Shown here one piece after another: positions 42,760-57,958 of a stretch of DNA of 64,000 bases; the first letter of the stretch is position 1; the number at the start of each line of letters is the position of its first letter. Under the pieces are notes generated by a model. It did no database searches, was not told the DNA's origin, and worked only from the letters and a program-made list of their open reading frames with translations. The translations under genes were made by a program, and so were the position numbers. The stretch spans positions 14,012,001 through 14,076,000 of the forward strand of contig NC_042999.1 of NCBI RefSeq assembly GCF_006345805.1, written 5' to 3'. Source of the DNA: Octopus sinensis. Taxonomy: Eukaryota.

Positions 42760-43140
42760 TGGAAATGTCCGAGGAGGGGAGGAGGGACTTCTTGGAAAGT
42801 TCCGAGGAGGAGAGGGCTTCCTGGGAAATTCCAATGAGGAGGAAGTGGGACTTCTTGGAAAGTTCTGTGGAGGGGGAGGAGGGACTTCCTGGAAAGTTCT
42901 GAGGGGGGAGGTGAGACTTCCTGGAAAGTTCCGAAGAAGGAGATTTCAGGGGGAGGAAGGGGAGGAAGGACTTCCTGGAAAGTTCCTAGGTGGGGGATTT
43001 GAGAGGGAAGAAGGGGAGGGACATCCTGGAAAGTTCTGAGGAGTGGGAATTGAAGGGGAGGACGGACGTCTTGGAAAATTCCGAGGAGGAGGAGTTGAAG
43101 AGGAGGACAAACTTCCTGAAAAAGTCCGAGGAGGGGGTCA
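42760..43140 (+). repeat. GA-rich ~28-30 bp minisatellite
   Basis: About 12 units of GGAGG(A)GGGACTTCCTGGAAAGTTCC. Confidence 0.85.
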
Positions 43141-43413
43141 GATTATTTGTATATATTAGTAGACACACATGAAGAATAATCTTAGACAACAATGTGAATA
43201 AATAACAACTATAAGAAAATGTCTTAATTTTTTCTGGCTAAAATGGGGCTTAATCTTGTCAGCCCTAAAAATGTTCCCCTTTTTGATTCAGGGTTTTACA
43301 TTTTACAGCTGGATGTCTTTCCTTCCAACACGTCTTTTTGCTGCCTCTTACAACATGTACCTATTTTAGATGTAAGACACACTAAGATAATGTAAAAATT
43401 GCATTCTGTCTAT

Positions 43414-43446
<33 letters not shown>

Positions 43447-46186
43447 TTGTGTGTGTGTGTGTGTGTGTGTGTGAGTGTGTGTGTGTGTGTGTGAGTGTGT
43501 CTATGTGAGTGTGTATGTGAGTATGTGTATGTGTGTATGGGTGTGTGTGAGTGTGTGTGAGTGTGTGTGTGAGTATGTATATGTGTGTGTGTGGGTGTGT
43601 GTGTGTGTGAGTGTGTGTGTGTGAGTGTGTGTGTGTCTTTGCACGTGTGTATACATGCAATACAAACACATACATGGACGCAGTCACATGCTCACCTACT
43701 TACCTACATACATGCAAACATGTGTATTTCCTCCCTCCCTCCCTCTCTCCCATTGTGTGTGTGTATGTGTGTGATTTTGTGTGTACATACATGTATGTAT
43801 GTATGAGTGTCTGTTAGTATTGTGCACCTTTAGCAATTTTCTGTTGCATTAAAATTATTGATTGTTGCATATGCATGTATGAACATGTGTAAAAACTGTG
43901 ATATTGTGTAAATATACGTACAGAAACATATACACACACACATATATATATACATATATGGTTGTGTACGTGTGTGCATATTTTTGTGTAGGTATGCATA
44001 AAAGCACACGCATACATATATGTTCATATACACATATTTATACAACCCTGTATCCATCCATCCATCCATGTATTTCTCTATGTAAAAATATACCCTTACA
44101 CATACAAGCACGTACATATGTGCATACGCACTCACGCTTGTATGTTTATTTGTTGTGTGCGTATGTATGTCTGTGTGTGTGTGTAAGTGCAGTGGTTTAT
44201 ACACGTACACACACACACACACACACACATATATAGAGTGGGAGAGAGAGATAAATATATATATATATATTATGGATATAAACACCAATATAGGTATACT
44301 TTAGATATACTTATAAATCTATGTGTAAATATGTGTGTGTGTGTGTATGCATACATGACTGTGTGTGTGTATGAGTATGCATCCTTATATGTAAGTGTTA
44401 GCATCTCAGTGTGTGCATCTATGTATATTTTGAGGTATCTGTGTGCATACATATACACACATACACATGCACATATATGTATATATATGTATATATATAT
44501 TTATATATATATATATATATACGCATGTATGTATATATGTATGTATATCTGTATGTGTATATATATGTATGTATATCTGTATGTGTAGATATATATATAT
44601 ATATATATATGTGCGTATGTATATATATGTGTATATCTGTATGTGTATATATATATATATAATATATATATATGTGTGTGTGTGTGTATGTATATATGTA
44701 TGCATATCTGTATGTGTAGATATGTATGTGTGTATGTGAGATGTTTGTATGACTAGGTGTGTAAAGAACCCATTAAAACAGACAAGAATATGAAAAATAA
44801 AAGGAGGGGGGGAACCAAAACATAAAACAAAAAACAAAAAATAAACAACAAAATGTAAAAAGACAAAAAAAACACTAATAAAACAACTATTTTAGAATTA
44901 ATGGGATTGTTTTTCTACACATAATGTTCATCTGTTCACTGCTTGATAAAGAAAAAAGGTAAAAAAATAAAGAGAATTTTCATTTTTTTCCCTTCTTCTT
45001 CTTTCTTTTTTCCTTCTAATCTGCAGGCAGCATTGCTTATTGCAGTCATGCTGATTTTTATCATTTAAATAACCATTCTATTCCTTGTCTAACCACAAAA
45101 CCACCGCCATTGCCGATCACCCACCTGCCCGCCTGCCCGCCCCCCTCACCACAGCTCTCTTCACCTTTTATAGTTTCCAAATTTAGATTTCTAACTCATT
45201 ATTGGCATCCCCTTTGGTGAACATCCGCTCACTGATCAGACCTGCCACTTCAAACAGGACGCGATTTGTGACGAGAATGTTTCGCATAAAGATATTTTTT
45301 TTTTTTTTTAACTTAACTTGCTTTTTTCTTTTTTTTTTTTTCTTCCTCCCACCATCAATAGCTTTAAACCAAAATGAAAACAATACAGAAAGAGAAATAA
45401 AATAATAAAAAAAAGATTTATCAAAAAAAAAAAAATTAGTAAAAATAAAAAAAGGAATTTGTACTTCAACAACTATTAACTTAACAAGAAATAAATGAAT
45501 AAGTATTTTAAGCAAGGCCTGTGTGTGTATATGTTGATGTGTACATTTATGTGTGTGTATACATCAAATTATTGTAGCTAGTTACAACCATTATGAAGAC
45601 ATAAGATTTGCTAACTTCAGCTTGACTAGAAAGTTTTAAACATTTTATAATAGATTACTCTTTCTTTTACTCTTTTACTTGTTTCAGTTCTTTGACTGTG
45701 GCCATGTTGGAGCACAGCCTTTAGTCGAGCAAATCGACCCCGGAACTTATTCTTAGTAAGCCTAGTACTTATTCTATTGGTCTCTTTTGCTGAACCGTTA
45801 AGTTACGGGGACGTAAACACACCAGCAATGTTGGGGGGGACAAACACAGACACTCAAACATATACACACACACATACATATATACATATATACGACAGGC
45901 TTCTTTCAGTCTCTGTCGACCAAATCCACTCACAAGGCTTTGGTCAGTCCAAGGCTATAGTAGAAGACAACTTGCCCAATGTACCACGCAGTGGAACTGA
46001 ACCCGGAACCATGTGGCTGGTAAGCAAGCTACTTACCACACAGCCACTCCTACGCCTAGATTAATAATAATTTCTTTTGATCATATTTATAAACTGATTT
46101 AAAAACAATAATTTTTTTCTATTTTCATTGACTTTCACATGCTGTTACATGTTATGTATTATATGCTGTTGAGGTGTGTGTGTCAG

Positions 46187-46220
<34 letters not shown>

Positions 46221-46723
46221 GTCATCATCGTTTAACATCCGTTTTCTATGCTGGCATGGGTTAGATAGTCTCACTGGAGACTGGCAAGCCAGAAGGCTGC
46301 ACCAGGCTCCAATCTTATCTGGCAATGTTTCTACAGCTGGATGCCCTTCCTAATGCCAACCACTCTGAGAGTATAGTGGGTGCTTTTTATGTGCCACTGA
46401 CACGAGAGCCAGTCAGGCGGCACTGGCATCGACAACATTTGGATGGTGCTCTTTATGTGCCACCGGCACAGGAGCCAGTCAGGATGGTGTGGGGGCAGTG
46501 ACCCAGGTATGAATGTGTATATATATGTATGTATATATTTACATATGAAGCCATGCTCCAAATATTTTGGTGCAAAATAGATTTTTATTCGGTTTGTTCA
46601 CCTGGCTTCATTGCGTGACTATCTTGGTCTGCTATTGCAGGAATCACTGAAGGTTGAATGCTTGAAATACACTGGTATTATATATCATATATCATATATA
46701 TATATTATATATATATATATATA

Positions 46724-46784
<61 letters not shown>

Positions 46785-47212
46785 TCATCATCATCATCAT
46801 TTAGCGTCCGCTTTCCATGCTAGCATGGGTTGGACGGTTCAACTGGGGTCTGTGAAGCCAGAAGGCCCAGTCTGATCTGGCAGTGTTTCTACGGCTGGAT
46901 GCCCTTCCTAACGCCAACCACTCCATGAGTGTAGTGGGTGCTTTTTACGTGCCACCCGCACAGGTGCCAGACGGAGCTTGCAAACGGCCATGAACGGATG
47001 GTGCTTTTACTTGCCACCAGCACGGGGGCCAGGCGAGGCTGGCAACAGACACGAGCGGATGGTGCTTTTTACGTGCCACCGGCACGAGGCCAGTCGGGGC
47101 GGCGCTGGCAACGATCACGAACAGATGGTTCTCTTACGTGCCACCAGCACTGGTAACTCAGCTTGTGAAGACCTGTTGAGGCAAGTGAGGATCAGAATCG
47201 AAATCGATGGAA

Positions 47213-47244
<32 letters not shown>

Positions 47245-47695
47245 CAGGAGTGGCTGTGTGGTAAGTAGCTTGCTTACCAACCACATGGTTCTGGGTTCAG
47301 TCCCACTGCGTGGAACCTTGGGCAAGTGTCTTCTACTATAGCCTCGGGCTGACCAAGACCTTGTGAGTAGATTTGGTAGACAGAAACTGAAAGAAGCCCA
47401 TTGTATAGATGTGTATATGTGTGTGTGTGTATGTGTTTGTGTGTGTGACAGATACTGGTGTCACACTAATTGGCATCCATCCTGGTGACACATAAATGCG
47501 ACCTGGTGTCACACAAATGGCACCTGTACTGGTGAATTGTAGAAACATCCATTACACTCTCAGAGTGGTTGGCATTAGGAAGGGCATCCACCCGTAGAAA
47601 ACCATGCCAAATCAGACTGGAGTCTGGTGCAGCCAAGCCATCCAACCCATGCTAGCATTGACAATGGACATTGAATGATGATGATGATGATGATG

Positions 47696-47746
<51 letters not shown>

Positions 47747-47939
47747 AAGTGGCACTCCATCAGTTATGACACCAAGTGGCACTCCCAAGGCTTAGGGTTG
47801 TCCTGAGGCTATTGTAAGTGGAAGACAGAAGCAAACTTCCTACCACACATCCATGCCCCTGTGCCTGCTACCACCAATTGTCCATGATACCCTTGGCTGT
47901 TATGATACCCTTGGCTGTTATGATACCCTGGCTGGAAAC

Positions 47940-48064
47940 TTGTTGCTGCTGCTGAACCTGCTGTTACTGTTGATCCTGCAACTGCTCCTCCTCCTCCTCC
48001 ACCTCTACCACCATCGCCACCACCACCAAACCTCTCCTCCTCCTGTTGCTGCCACTGCTGCTGT

Positions 48065-48128
<64 letters not shown>

Positions 48129-48276
48129 CCCTCCCTGTTGGTATTGTCACCCCACCACTCCCCCTCCTCCCCTCCCCCTCCTGCTGTTGCTGTTCCTTCT
48201 ATCAGCACTATCACCACCACCACCACTACCACCACCCCTCCTGCTGCTGCTGCTGCTGCTACTGCTTCTACTGCTG

Positions 48277-48317
<41 letters not shown>

Positions 48318-48339
48318 GCTGCTGCTCCTGCTGCTGCTG

Positions 48340-48372
<33 letters not shown>

Positions 48373-48489
48373 TTACTACTACTACTACTACTACTTCTAC
48401 TACTACTGCTTCTACTACTACTACTTCTACTACTACTGCTTCTACTACTACTGCTTCTACTACTACTGCTTCTACTGCTACTGCTGCTG

Positions 48490-48523
<34 letters not shown>

Positions 48524-48745
48524 TACTACTGCTACTACTACTACTGCTGCCCCTGCTGCTCCCTCAATCAGCACTGTCACCACGACCACCACCACGACAA
48601 CCACCACCACCACGACCAGTACTACAACTACTATTACTACTAACACCACCACCACCACCACCATCACAACCACCATCACCACCACCATCAATACCACCTC
48701 CACCATCAATACCACCACTACCACCACCACCACCACCACCACCAG
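47940..48745. repeat. Compound (CTA)n/(CTG)n/(CCA)n microsatellite
   Basis: Direct reading; open in several frames on both strands. Confidence 0.9.
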
Positions 48746-50167
48746 TAAATTAGTAAATAAGATATCTATATAATGAACACTGAACCAAATCCGGTGATAC
48801 TAGAAACAAATGTTAAAAAAACCAAATTCAAAAAGAAAAGTGAACCAAATACGTAAAAACGGAAAAAAAAAGGAAATAATCAAATGAAAAATCGATATCA
48901 ATTAACAAACAAATAAATGAATTGATGAGGGAGCTTCTAGGTCATTGGTAGACCTGCTAGAAATAGTAGCTAAACATCCCTGAAATCAAATGGTAGTATT
49001 TTTTTATCTTTTCTTTGTTCCAGTCATTAGACTGTGGCCATGCTGGGGCACCACTTTGAAGGTATTAGTTGAGCAAATCAAGCTCAGTAGTTATCTTCTA
49101 GTTTTTGCTTGTTTCAGTCATTAGACTGTGGCCAAGCTGGAGCACTGCTTTGAAGAATTTTTAGTCGAATGAATTGAAGCTCAGTATTTACTATTTATTT
49201 TTGTAAAACCTGGTTCTTATTTTATCGGTCTCTTTTTGTCAAACTGCTAAGTTACAAGGACAAAGACACCATAATTAGTTGGCTGTCAAATGGCTGTAGG
49301 GGATGAACACAGACACAAAGACATACAAGCATAAATATATAAGATGCCCCTCCTGTTATCAACCCTCACCTGTTTCCAAGCAAGGCATTGCTACAGCATG
49401 GCCAGACATGATTTCAATGGAAGATTGGAAATGGGCGGCACCACTTGTGTGATCGTAACAGTTATTTTATAACTATGATGCAATGCCAAGCCATGGAGAC
49501 AGAAACACACATGTGCATACACACACATATATATATATGTATTACTCTTTACTCTTAAACCTGTTTCAGTCATTTGACTTTGGCCATGCTGGAGCACTGC
49601 CTTTAGTCGAGCAAATCGACCCCAGGACTTATTCTATCAGTCTCTTTTGCCAAACCGCTTAGTTATGGGGATGTAAACACACCAGCATCGGTTGTCAAGC
49701 AATGCTAGGGGGACAAACACACAAACATATACACACACATACATATATATATATACATATATACGACAGGCTTCTTTCAGTTTCCGTCTACCAAATCTAC
49801 TCACAAGGCATTGGTCGGCCCGAGGCTATAGCAGAAGACACTTGCCCAAGATGTCACGCAGTGGGACTGAACCCGGAACCATGTGGTTGGTAAGCAAGGT
49901 ACTTACCACACAGCCACTTCTGTATATATATATATATATATTATATTATATATGCATATACTTTTATTCTTTCATTTATTTCAATCACTTGACCGCAGCC
50001 ATGCTGGAGCACTGCCTTTAGTCAAACAAATCGACCCCAGGACTTATTCTTTGTAAGCTCAGTACTTATTCTTTCAGTGTCTTTTGCTGAACTGGTAAGT
50101 TACAGGGACATAAACACACCAACATGTGTTTTTAAGCAATGGTGGGGGGGACAAACGCAGACTCACA

Positions 50168-50202
<35 letters not shown>

Positions 50203-51919
50203 GACAGACTTCTTTCAGTTTCCGTCTACCAAACCCATCCACAAAGCTTTTGTCAGCACCTATATATATGTGTGTGTGTGTATATATATATATCTGGGAC
50301 GTAGTCAGTCCACCTGTGCATACCTTACTTCTTATGACACTTGTGAAGACCTTTGAGGCAAGTGCTAATCAAATCAAATGACCTTGTGAAGGCCTGTTGA
50401 GGCAAGTGATATAATAATAATAATAATATAATAATAATCATAATCAATCAAATCAAAACAAATCAAAATAGATGAACATCAATGGAATTTGTATCTTTGT
50501 GGTACCAATGCCGGTGGCACACAGAAAACCATCCGAACGTTGCGGTAGCCAGTACCACATCGACTGGCCTCCGTGCTGTGGCACGTAACAAACACCATCC
50601 GATCGTGGCCGTTCGCCAGCCTCATCTGGCACCTGTGTTGGTGGCACATAAAAACACATCCAAAGACCCGGCAAGACTAGTCAGGCCATAACCCGTAGCC
50701 CCTACCTGGGACGTAGTCAGTCCACCTGTGCATACCTTCCTTCTTATGACACTTGTGAAGACCTGTTGAGGCAAGTATGTGACACTTGTGAAGACCTGTT
50801 GAGGCAAGTGTGTGACAGTTGTGAAGACCTGTTGAGGCAAGTGAAAATCAAACCAAATCACAAATAGATGAACATCAATGGAATTTGTATCTTTGTGGTA
50901 CCAGTGCCGATGGCACACAAGAAAAACCATCCGAACGTGGCCGTAGCCAGTACCGCCATGACTGGCCTCCGTGCTGTGGGCACGTAACAAGCACCATCCG
51001 ATCGTGGCCGTTCGCCAGCCTCATCTGGCACTTAGTGTCGGTGGCAAATAAAAACACCATCCGAGCGTGGCCGTCGCCAGCCTCGTCTGGCACCTGTGTC
51101 GGTGGCACATATAAAAAAACCATCCGAGCGTGGCCGTTCGCCAGCTCTGTCTGGCACCTGTGTCGGTGGCACATAAAATCACCCACTACACTCTCGGAGT
51201 GGTTGGCGTTAGGAAGGGCATCCAGTGTATAGAAACACTGCCAGATCTGACTGGTCTGGTGCAGCCTTAGGGCTCCCCAGACTCCAGTTGAACCGTCCAA
51301 CCCATGCTAGCATGAAAGCGGACGTTAAATGAGGATGATGATGATGATGATATATAATGTGTACGTATAATATATTTGTGTGTATATATGTTTCTGTACA
51401 ATCACACACACACACACACAACAGGCACAGTTTTTCAGTCTGCCAAATTCGCTCACAAGCCTTTTGTTGGCCCAGAGCTTTAATAGAAGATACTTGCCCA
51501 AGGTGCCTCATGCTGGCATGGATGGTTCAAATTTATTTAATACATTTCTAATATCATGAAATACAAGATTGTCACAATTGGAATGTTTATGATCATAAGT
51601 CTGCTCGAATGGGATTGGCCTAGGGCTAAACAACTACCACAAGCAGTAAATAAAATAAAGTTAATTAGTTTACAGTGTGAGTTTTTCTAAAAGTAAATAA
51701 ATAAATAAAATGCAAACTGTGTTTATAAAAACACTAATGACAAAAATATATAAACTTGTTAGTGATGAAGGTAAAAAAAAATCTCAAAGTTTGTGTAATT
51801 TCAAATGTAACGATGTTTGATTTTTACACTTCGTTAATGAAATAAAGAAAAAAATTGAAAACAAACCAAAACAAAATAATACAAAGCAAACGATCTGAAG
51901 CTAAGTTTTTTTTTTTTTT

Positions 51920-52068
51920 TTGCTGCTGCTGCTGCTGCTGATGATGATGATGATGGTGCTGATAATGATGATGATGATGACAGTGATGATGATGATAATG
52001 ATGGTGATGGTGAAGATGATGATGATGATGGTGATGGTTATGAGGACTATTCTGATGTTGTTGTTGTT

Positions 52069-52099
<31 letters not shown>

Positions 52100-52333
52100 A
52101 GGAGGAGGAGGAGGAAGTAGATGAAAATGTTGACGATGAGAACAATGATGGTTATGGGGATTAAACTGCTGATGACAACAATGACAAAGACTACGATGAC
52201 GATGACGATGATGATGATGATGAGGAGGAGGAGGAGGAGGTGGAGTGTGATTATTATAACAATCCTCATCATTGTTTTAACGTCCATTTTCCTTGTTTGG
52301 TATGGAACAAGGTTTACTAAAACGATGTCAGTC

Positions 52334-52364
<31 letters not shown>

Positions 52365-52685
52365 CGATGACGACGATTACAACAATGATGATGACAGTGA
52401 TGATGATGATGATGATGATGATGATGCTGTTGTGGTGGTGAAGAAGATGATAATGATGATGATGATGGCAATGATGATGAAGATCAAAATAATGATGGTG
52501 ACAATAATGAAAATGAAAACGATGATGGTGATAACGATGACGACGACGACGATGATGATGATGAGGAGGAGGATGATAAAAATGATGAAGATGAAAATTA
52601 TGATGGTGATGATGAAGAGGAAAATTATGATGGTGATGATGATAAAGATGATGAAAGAGATGATGGTGATGATGATGATGAAGGT
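51920..52685. repeat. Degenerate (GAT)n tract
   Basis: Direct reading. Confidence 0.9.
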
Positions 52686-53719
52686 GCTACTGCCCCTCCC
52701 CTCAACCTACATCCGCCACCAAGTCTTTTACAGAGTGCTGCCACTTTGCTGTTTTTTCTCCTCCACTTCAAGAAGAATGGATTCCAAAGTATTTTTGTTC
52801 AATTAATGCAAAATTTTAAGAATATTATTATCTAAGGTTTAGAAAATAATATTCTAGGTTAATGTATTGCAAAAAAAAAAAAAAAAAATATGAGATAAAA
52901 AAAAATCAAAAAAAAAAGGAAAATTGTTCAGATTCTGAGATAGTCTTAGATTTTTCTGATACTTGCTGGTTATGCAACATTAACTAGTAGAGGAGGAGAG
53001 GAAGAGGAAGAGGAAGGGGAGGGGTGGAGAAAAGGGTTAGGGTGGTATTAAATTATTGATTTCTTTTGACTAAATGCAACACCAATTGTGTTTCAAGAGT
53101 TTCAGTATTGTCAATTTAATTAACCCTTTGTATAACGAAATGGAGGGGGGGACCCCTCCAAATCCTTCTGCATTCTTTTGTGAGCTTAGGGTACTCACGC
53201 CTCATGAGTCACGTTTTGCAAGTTCATCGAGGAGGCTTGATGGGCAGTCTTTTTCTTTTTCACCATCATCATCCTCATCATCATCATCACCACTATCCTC
53301 CTCCTCCTCCTCCTCCTCTCATCATCATCATCATCATCACCACCACCACCATCATCATCCTCAATCCTCCTCTTCCTCCTCCTCCTCCTCCTCATAATCA
53401 TCACCACCATCATCATCATTATCCTCAATCCTCCTCCTCTTCCTCCTCCTCCTCCTCCTCCTCATCATCATCATGTAACTTAGGGCTTTGGCAAAAGAGA
53501 CTGATAAAATAAGTACTAGAGTTGCAAAGAATAAGTCCTTGGGTCAATTAGTTCGACTAAAGGTGGTGTTCCAGCATGGCCACAGTCAAATGACTGAAAC
53601 AAGCTAATGAATATATATATATATATATATGGAGAATTGACAAAAAAAACAAAAGACGAAGACTGGTGGTGTAGACAACAAACAGATGTATTAGTATAAC
53701 GCTCGGGAATTGAAAAAGT

Positions 53720-53755
53720 CTTTAACGTTTCGAGCATATGCTCTTCCACAGAAAG
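53720..53755 (-). ncRNA. Variant minimal hammerhead-like motif in a (TA)n-embedded repeat (~53630-53820)
   Basis: CTTT-CTGTGGA-A-GAGC-ATAT-GCTC-GAAAC-GTT-AAAG; helices I and II pair, but core A6 is U. A decayed relative lies at ~56715-56752 (+). Confidence 0.5.
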
Positions 53756-53818
53756 GAACACAGAAAGAAACAGGGAAACAAAATATAGAATGTTGTAGTG
53801 GCTAGCGATCTATCATGG

Positions 53819-53881
<63 letters not shown>

Positions 53882-53942
53882 TTATATATAACCAGAAATA
53901 GCTGGAAATAGGTGGTGGTGTTGGTGGCGGTGAAGATAATGT

Positions 53943-53975
<33 letters not shown>

Positions 53976-54742
53976 CGATGACGATGACGACTAAATTTGC
54001 AATCTCACAAGAGCAGTGAAGTTTTGACAGAAACAGAAAAGCATTGGAAACCAGATGCTTTTTTTCAAGACATCTGAAAATATTTTCTGAAATTCTCAAA
54101 TCTGAAAACTTCCTGAACTTGAAATATTTTCAAATGAAAGAAATGCCACAAATAGAATACAAAGAATGGTTTACTAACAAAGGAAAACAAAAAAAAAAAG
54201 AAAAAAGCCGGATGTTGTGGGTGAGCATAAAATGTAGAAAGCAAATGTGATGTGTAGCTGATAGATGTGGTTGACAAGATAAGTGGAAGTGTTAAAGATG
54301 GATTTGATGTGATGAAAAACAAGACATTCCCAGAGAGGAACCGTTGCTAAATATAGAGCAAAACTGAAGCAGCGCCATACTTATATAGAACTACTTTCAC
54401 AGAGAACACTTGCACACGTATTCATTCATATGTGTGTGTGTGTGTGTGTGTGTTGTGTGTGTGTGTGTGCAAGTGTGTGTAGGTATATGTATGTGTGTGC
54501 AAGTGTGTGTATGTATGTGTGTGTGTGCAAGTGTGTATGTATGTGTGTGTGTGTGTTGCATGTGTGTTGTTTGTGTGTGTGCAAGTGTGTATATGTGTGT
54601 GTGTGTGTGTTGCATGTGTGTTGTGTGTGTGTGTGTGTGTGTGTGTGTAAGTGTGTATATGTGTGTGTGTGTGTGCATGCAAAGTGTGTATGTGTGTGTG
54701 TATGTGTGTGTGTGCATGTGCATGTGTGCATGTGTATATATA

Positions 54743-56120
54743 CAGGATGCGAGGGGTATTGAGGACAGTTTTGGTATACAATAAAACAACACTATTTCAA
54801 GAGAAATAAATATTTATTTGAATAAACATTGGTGCAGTTAGTCTTGTTAATGATTTTTTAAGTGAATTATTCTACGAAGCTGCCTTCGGCTTCGATGATT
54901 GCTTCAATGTGGGACCGAAACTGACATGCTGACACTATATGGTCCTTATTCATTTTGGACATTACCTGGACAATGGCGGCCTTCACTGAAGATTTGGCAT
55001 TATGAGGATGATGATTATTTCCCCCTTTTAACAGCACTACACACATAATAGTCCATGGGGTTCAAATCTGGCAAGTTTGGAGGCCACATATTCGGTGTTA
55101 CATAATCGTAAAGATTGTCTGACAACCATTCTTGGGTGACTGGGGCTTTGTGAGAAGGTGCTGAATCTTGTTGAAACACGTATGGCCTTCCATTTCATAC
55201 TTCATCAATCTAGGGCTTGATAACAGTTTCCAGGACCTCAATGTATCCAGCTGCATTAATTCTAAGACCCTGTAGAAAAAAGTGGGGATGCATCACATGA
55301 TCTTCACTACTCAATACTCCTAAAACCATCACAGTTGCTGAAAATTTCGTGTGCATCACTCTGGGTACTTCAGAAGGATCTGCACATGACCACCTGTCAC
55401 CTCATCATCATCATCTTCGTTTAACGTCCGCTTTCCATGCTAGCATGGGTTGGACGATTTGACTGAGGTCTGGTGAACCAGATGGCTGCACCAGGCTCCA
55501 ATCTTGATCTGGCAGAGTTTCTACAGCTGGATGCCCTTCCTAACGCCAACTGAGAGTGTAGTGGGTGCTTTTACATGCCACCGGCATGGGGGCCAGTCAG
55601 GCGGCACTGGCAATGACCTCGCTCAAATGTTTTTTCACGTGACACCAGCACAAGTGCTAGTAAGGCGACGCTGGTAACGATCACGCTCAAATGGTGCTTT
55701 TTACGTGACAGCTGCTACACTAGTCATTGGGTATGACTCCTTCATGCATCACCTGGTTAACTATACAGGTGACTAGGCTATAGCCGACACTGCCAGATAT
55801 TTGTTAGCTTTTTTATCCTGGTCAAAGTTTCTTTCATCAGAGAAAAACCAAAGCATGCTTCATTCATGAGGGATTTCCACTTTGTTAAGTAACCATTTTG
55901 AACAGATGAGATGGTTTGCCTGTGTCCTTGCAGACATGAATTGGCTTTTCCTCATTACATAGGAATTGTATCAAATATCGTGAGGTACCACAGTTCTGAT
56001 AGTCCACTCTGACACCTGAATTTCTTTAGCAATGGACCTCATCAATCTTCTGAGGTTTTCATTGATAATGTTTTGCACATGTGGTATAAATTCTGGTGTC
56101 CTTTTAGTGTCTGAGCATTG
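54743..56120 (-). mobile_element. DD37D (maT-type) Tc1/mariner fragment, interrupted by a SINE
   Basis: LWFFSDERNFDQDK ... VFQQDSAPSHKAPVTQEWLSDNLYDYVTPNMWPPNLPDLNPMD (37 residues between the 2nd and 3rd Asp); end TA-CAGGATGCG. Confidence 0.85.
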
Positions 56121-56511
56121 CACTGCAGAGCACCTTGGTCATGTATCTTCTATTACAGCCTCAGGCTGAGGAAAGCATGGTGAGTGGATTTGATACAAGG
56201 AAACTGAAAGAAGCCTGTCATATATGTGTATTTTTGTGTTTATCCCCTACCACCGCTTGGCAACTGGTGAGAGCATCTTTATGTCCTCATATATATATAT
56301 ATATGACGGGCTTCTTTCAGTTTCTGTCTACCAAATCCACTCATAAGGCTTTGGTCGGCCTGAGGCCACAGTAGAAGACACTTGCCCAAGGTGCCAAGCA
56401 GTGGAACTGAACCTGGAACCATGTGGTTGGTAAGCAAGCTACTTACCACACAGCTACACATATATATAAATAGTAACTCAGATTAGCTGATGTTTACTAC
56501 ATCTGTTTCAG

Positions 56512-56573
56512 ACTTGTTTTTATTGATGAACAAATTAATTACATCATGTACAAAAAGAAAATATTTTCTTCAG
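56512..56573 (+). other. Candidate 62-nt exon of an unknown transcript
   Basis: ctgtttcag|ACTTG...TCTTCAG|gtgagt; one frame is open (LVFIDEQINYIMYKKKIFSS); no homology recognised. Confidence 0.25.
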
Positions 56574-56854
56574 GTGAGTAAAGGTTAACATTTTGGATTT
56601 TTTACACAAATAGTATATAATGCATATTGATACTCTCATCTTGGTTCCAGCTGATAGATATATATTTTTTATTCTCTCTCTTTTTTTATACTCTCTCTGT
56701 TTTTTCCTCGTGTCCCTTTTTAATTAAAGAGTGTAGGCTTGAAACGTAAAAGACTTTCTCACTTTCCTGAGCGTCAAACTAATACACCTGCATGTTGTTT
56801 ATATACCTGTCTTTGTCTTTTATTTTTCTGTAATTTCAACTATATATATATATA

Positions 56855-56907
<53 letters not shown>

Positions 56908-57958
56908 TAATATATAAAAGAGAAAGAGAGTGAGAGAGAGAGACTGAAAGTGGGCAAGAGAGAGAGAGATTTATACACAGATACAAACACACACACACAT
57001 GCACACATATATTTATATGCAGGGCTTCTTTCAGTTTCCATCTACCAAATCCAATTGCAAGGCTTTGGCCTAGAGCTGTAGTAGAAGATACTTGCCCAAG
57101 GTGCTCCACAGAGGGGCTGGAACCTGAAACCACATGGCTGAGAAGCAAATATTTTAACCACACAGCCTCTGCTCATCTGGAATGTATATATATATATTTA
57201 TTTACTTATTATTCATCCAGATTCTTGGTGGGGGTGGGTGGCATAGCGGCAACATAGGAAATGTTGAGATGCTAAGAAAATCCTGCTGTAGTTGTATTTT
57301 GGTTTAAGATTGATTAGGATGTTGCGGATAGGTGGATGATGTAAATGGAATCGGTAGATTCTGGGAGGCAAAGGCCATAGAAGCGAGGTTAGAAGAGGCA
57401 AAGCTACGATACATACAGCCATAGCATTGAGCCAAGGATTGGAAGTTATCAGCAAGAGGAAGTTTATTGATCTGCCAGATAGCTTTTGTCTGGATTCAGT
57501 CAAGAATAACCGAAGAGGAAGTACTAACCAAGATATTGCAGGAACTATATTCCCTCATAGAATTAAACAGAAAAACTGATCAATAGAAATAGAAAAAATC
57601 AATACAAAATAAGAAAAAGAAAGAAAGAAAAACATCAATAGAAATAGATTTAGAGAAACAGATCAATAGAATTAGATTAATAAAAATAGATTAGAAATTG
57701 GTCGATATAAACAGTTTAATAAAAATAGATTATTAGAAATAGATTACTAGAAAAGTGTCTGAGAAATTTATCCATTACTATTTGTGTTATTTGGTGTTTA
57801 TACAAGTTGAGAGAATTTGATAGAAAATGTAGAATGTTAGACTACAAGCTATAGAGTGGTTAGTCTCTCACCTTGTTCTGATCTAAGTTCAAATTCAGCC
57901 AAGGGTGGCTGTGATTTTCATCTCTCCTCTTTCTTCTTTCAGGTATCAGTTCTTCATA

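Noticed and set aside
45183-45290. NRVLFEVA resembling the glycogen synthase N-terminus
   Set aside because: The match is only ~6 residues, the following WEVANKVGG is absent, and the donor site is poor
47853-48773. 306-aa Thr/Ala-rich mucin-like ORF
   Set aside because: Trinucleotide microsatellite that is open in several frames on both strands, with no codon diversity or domain
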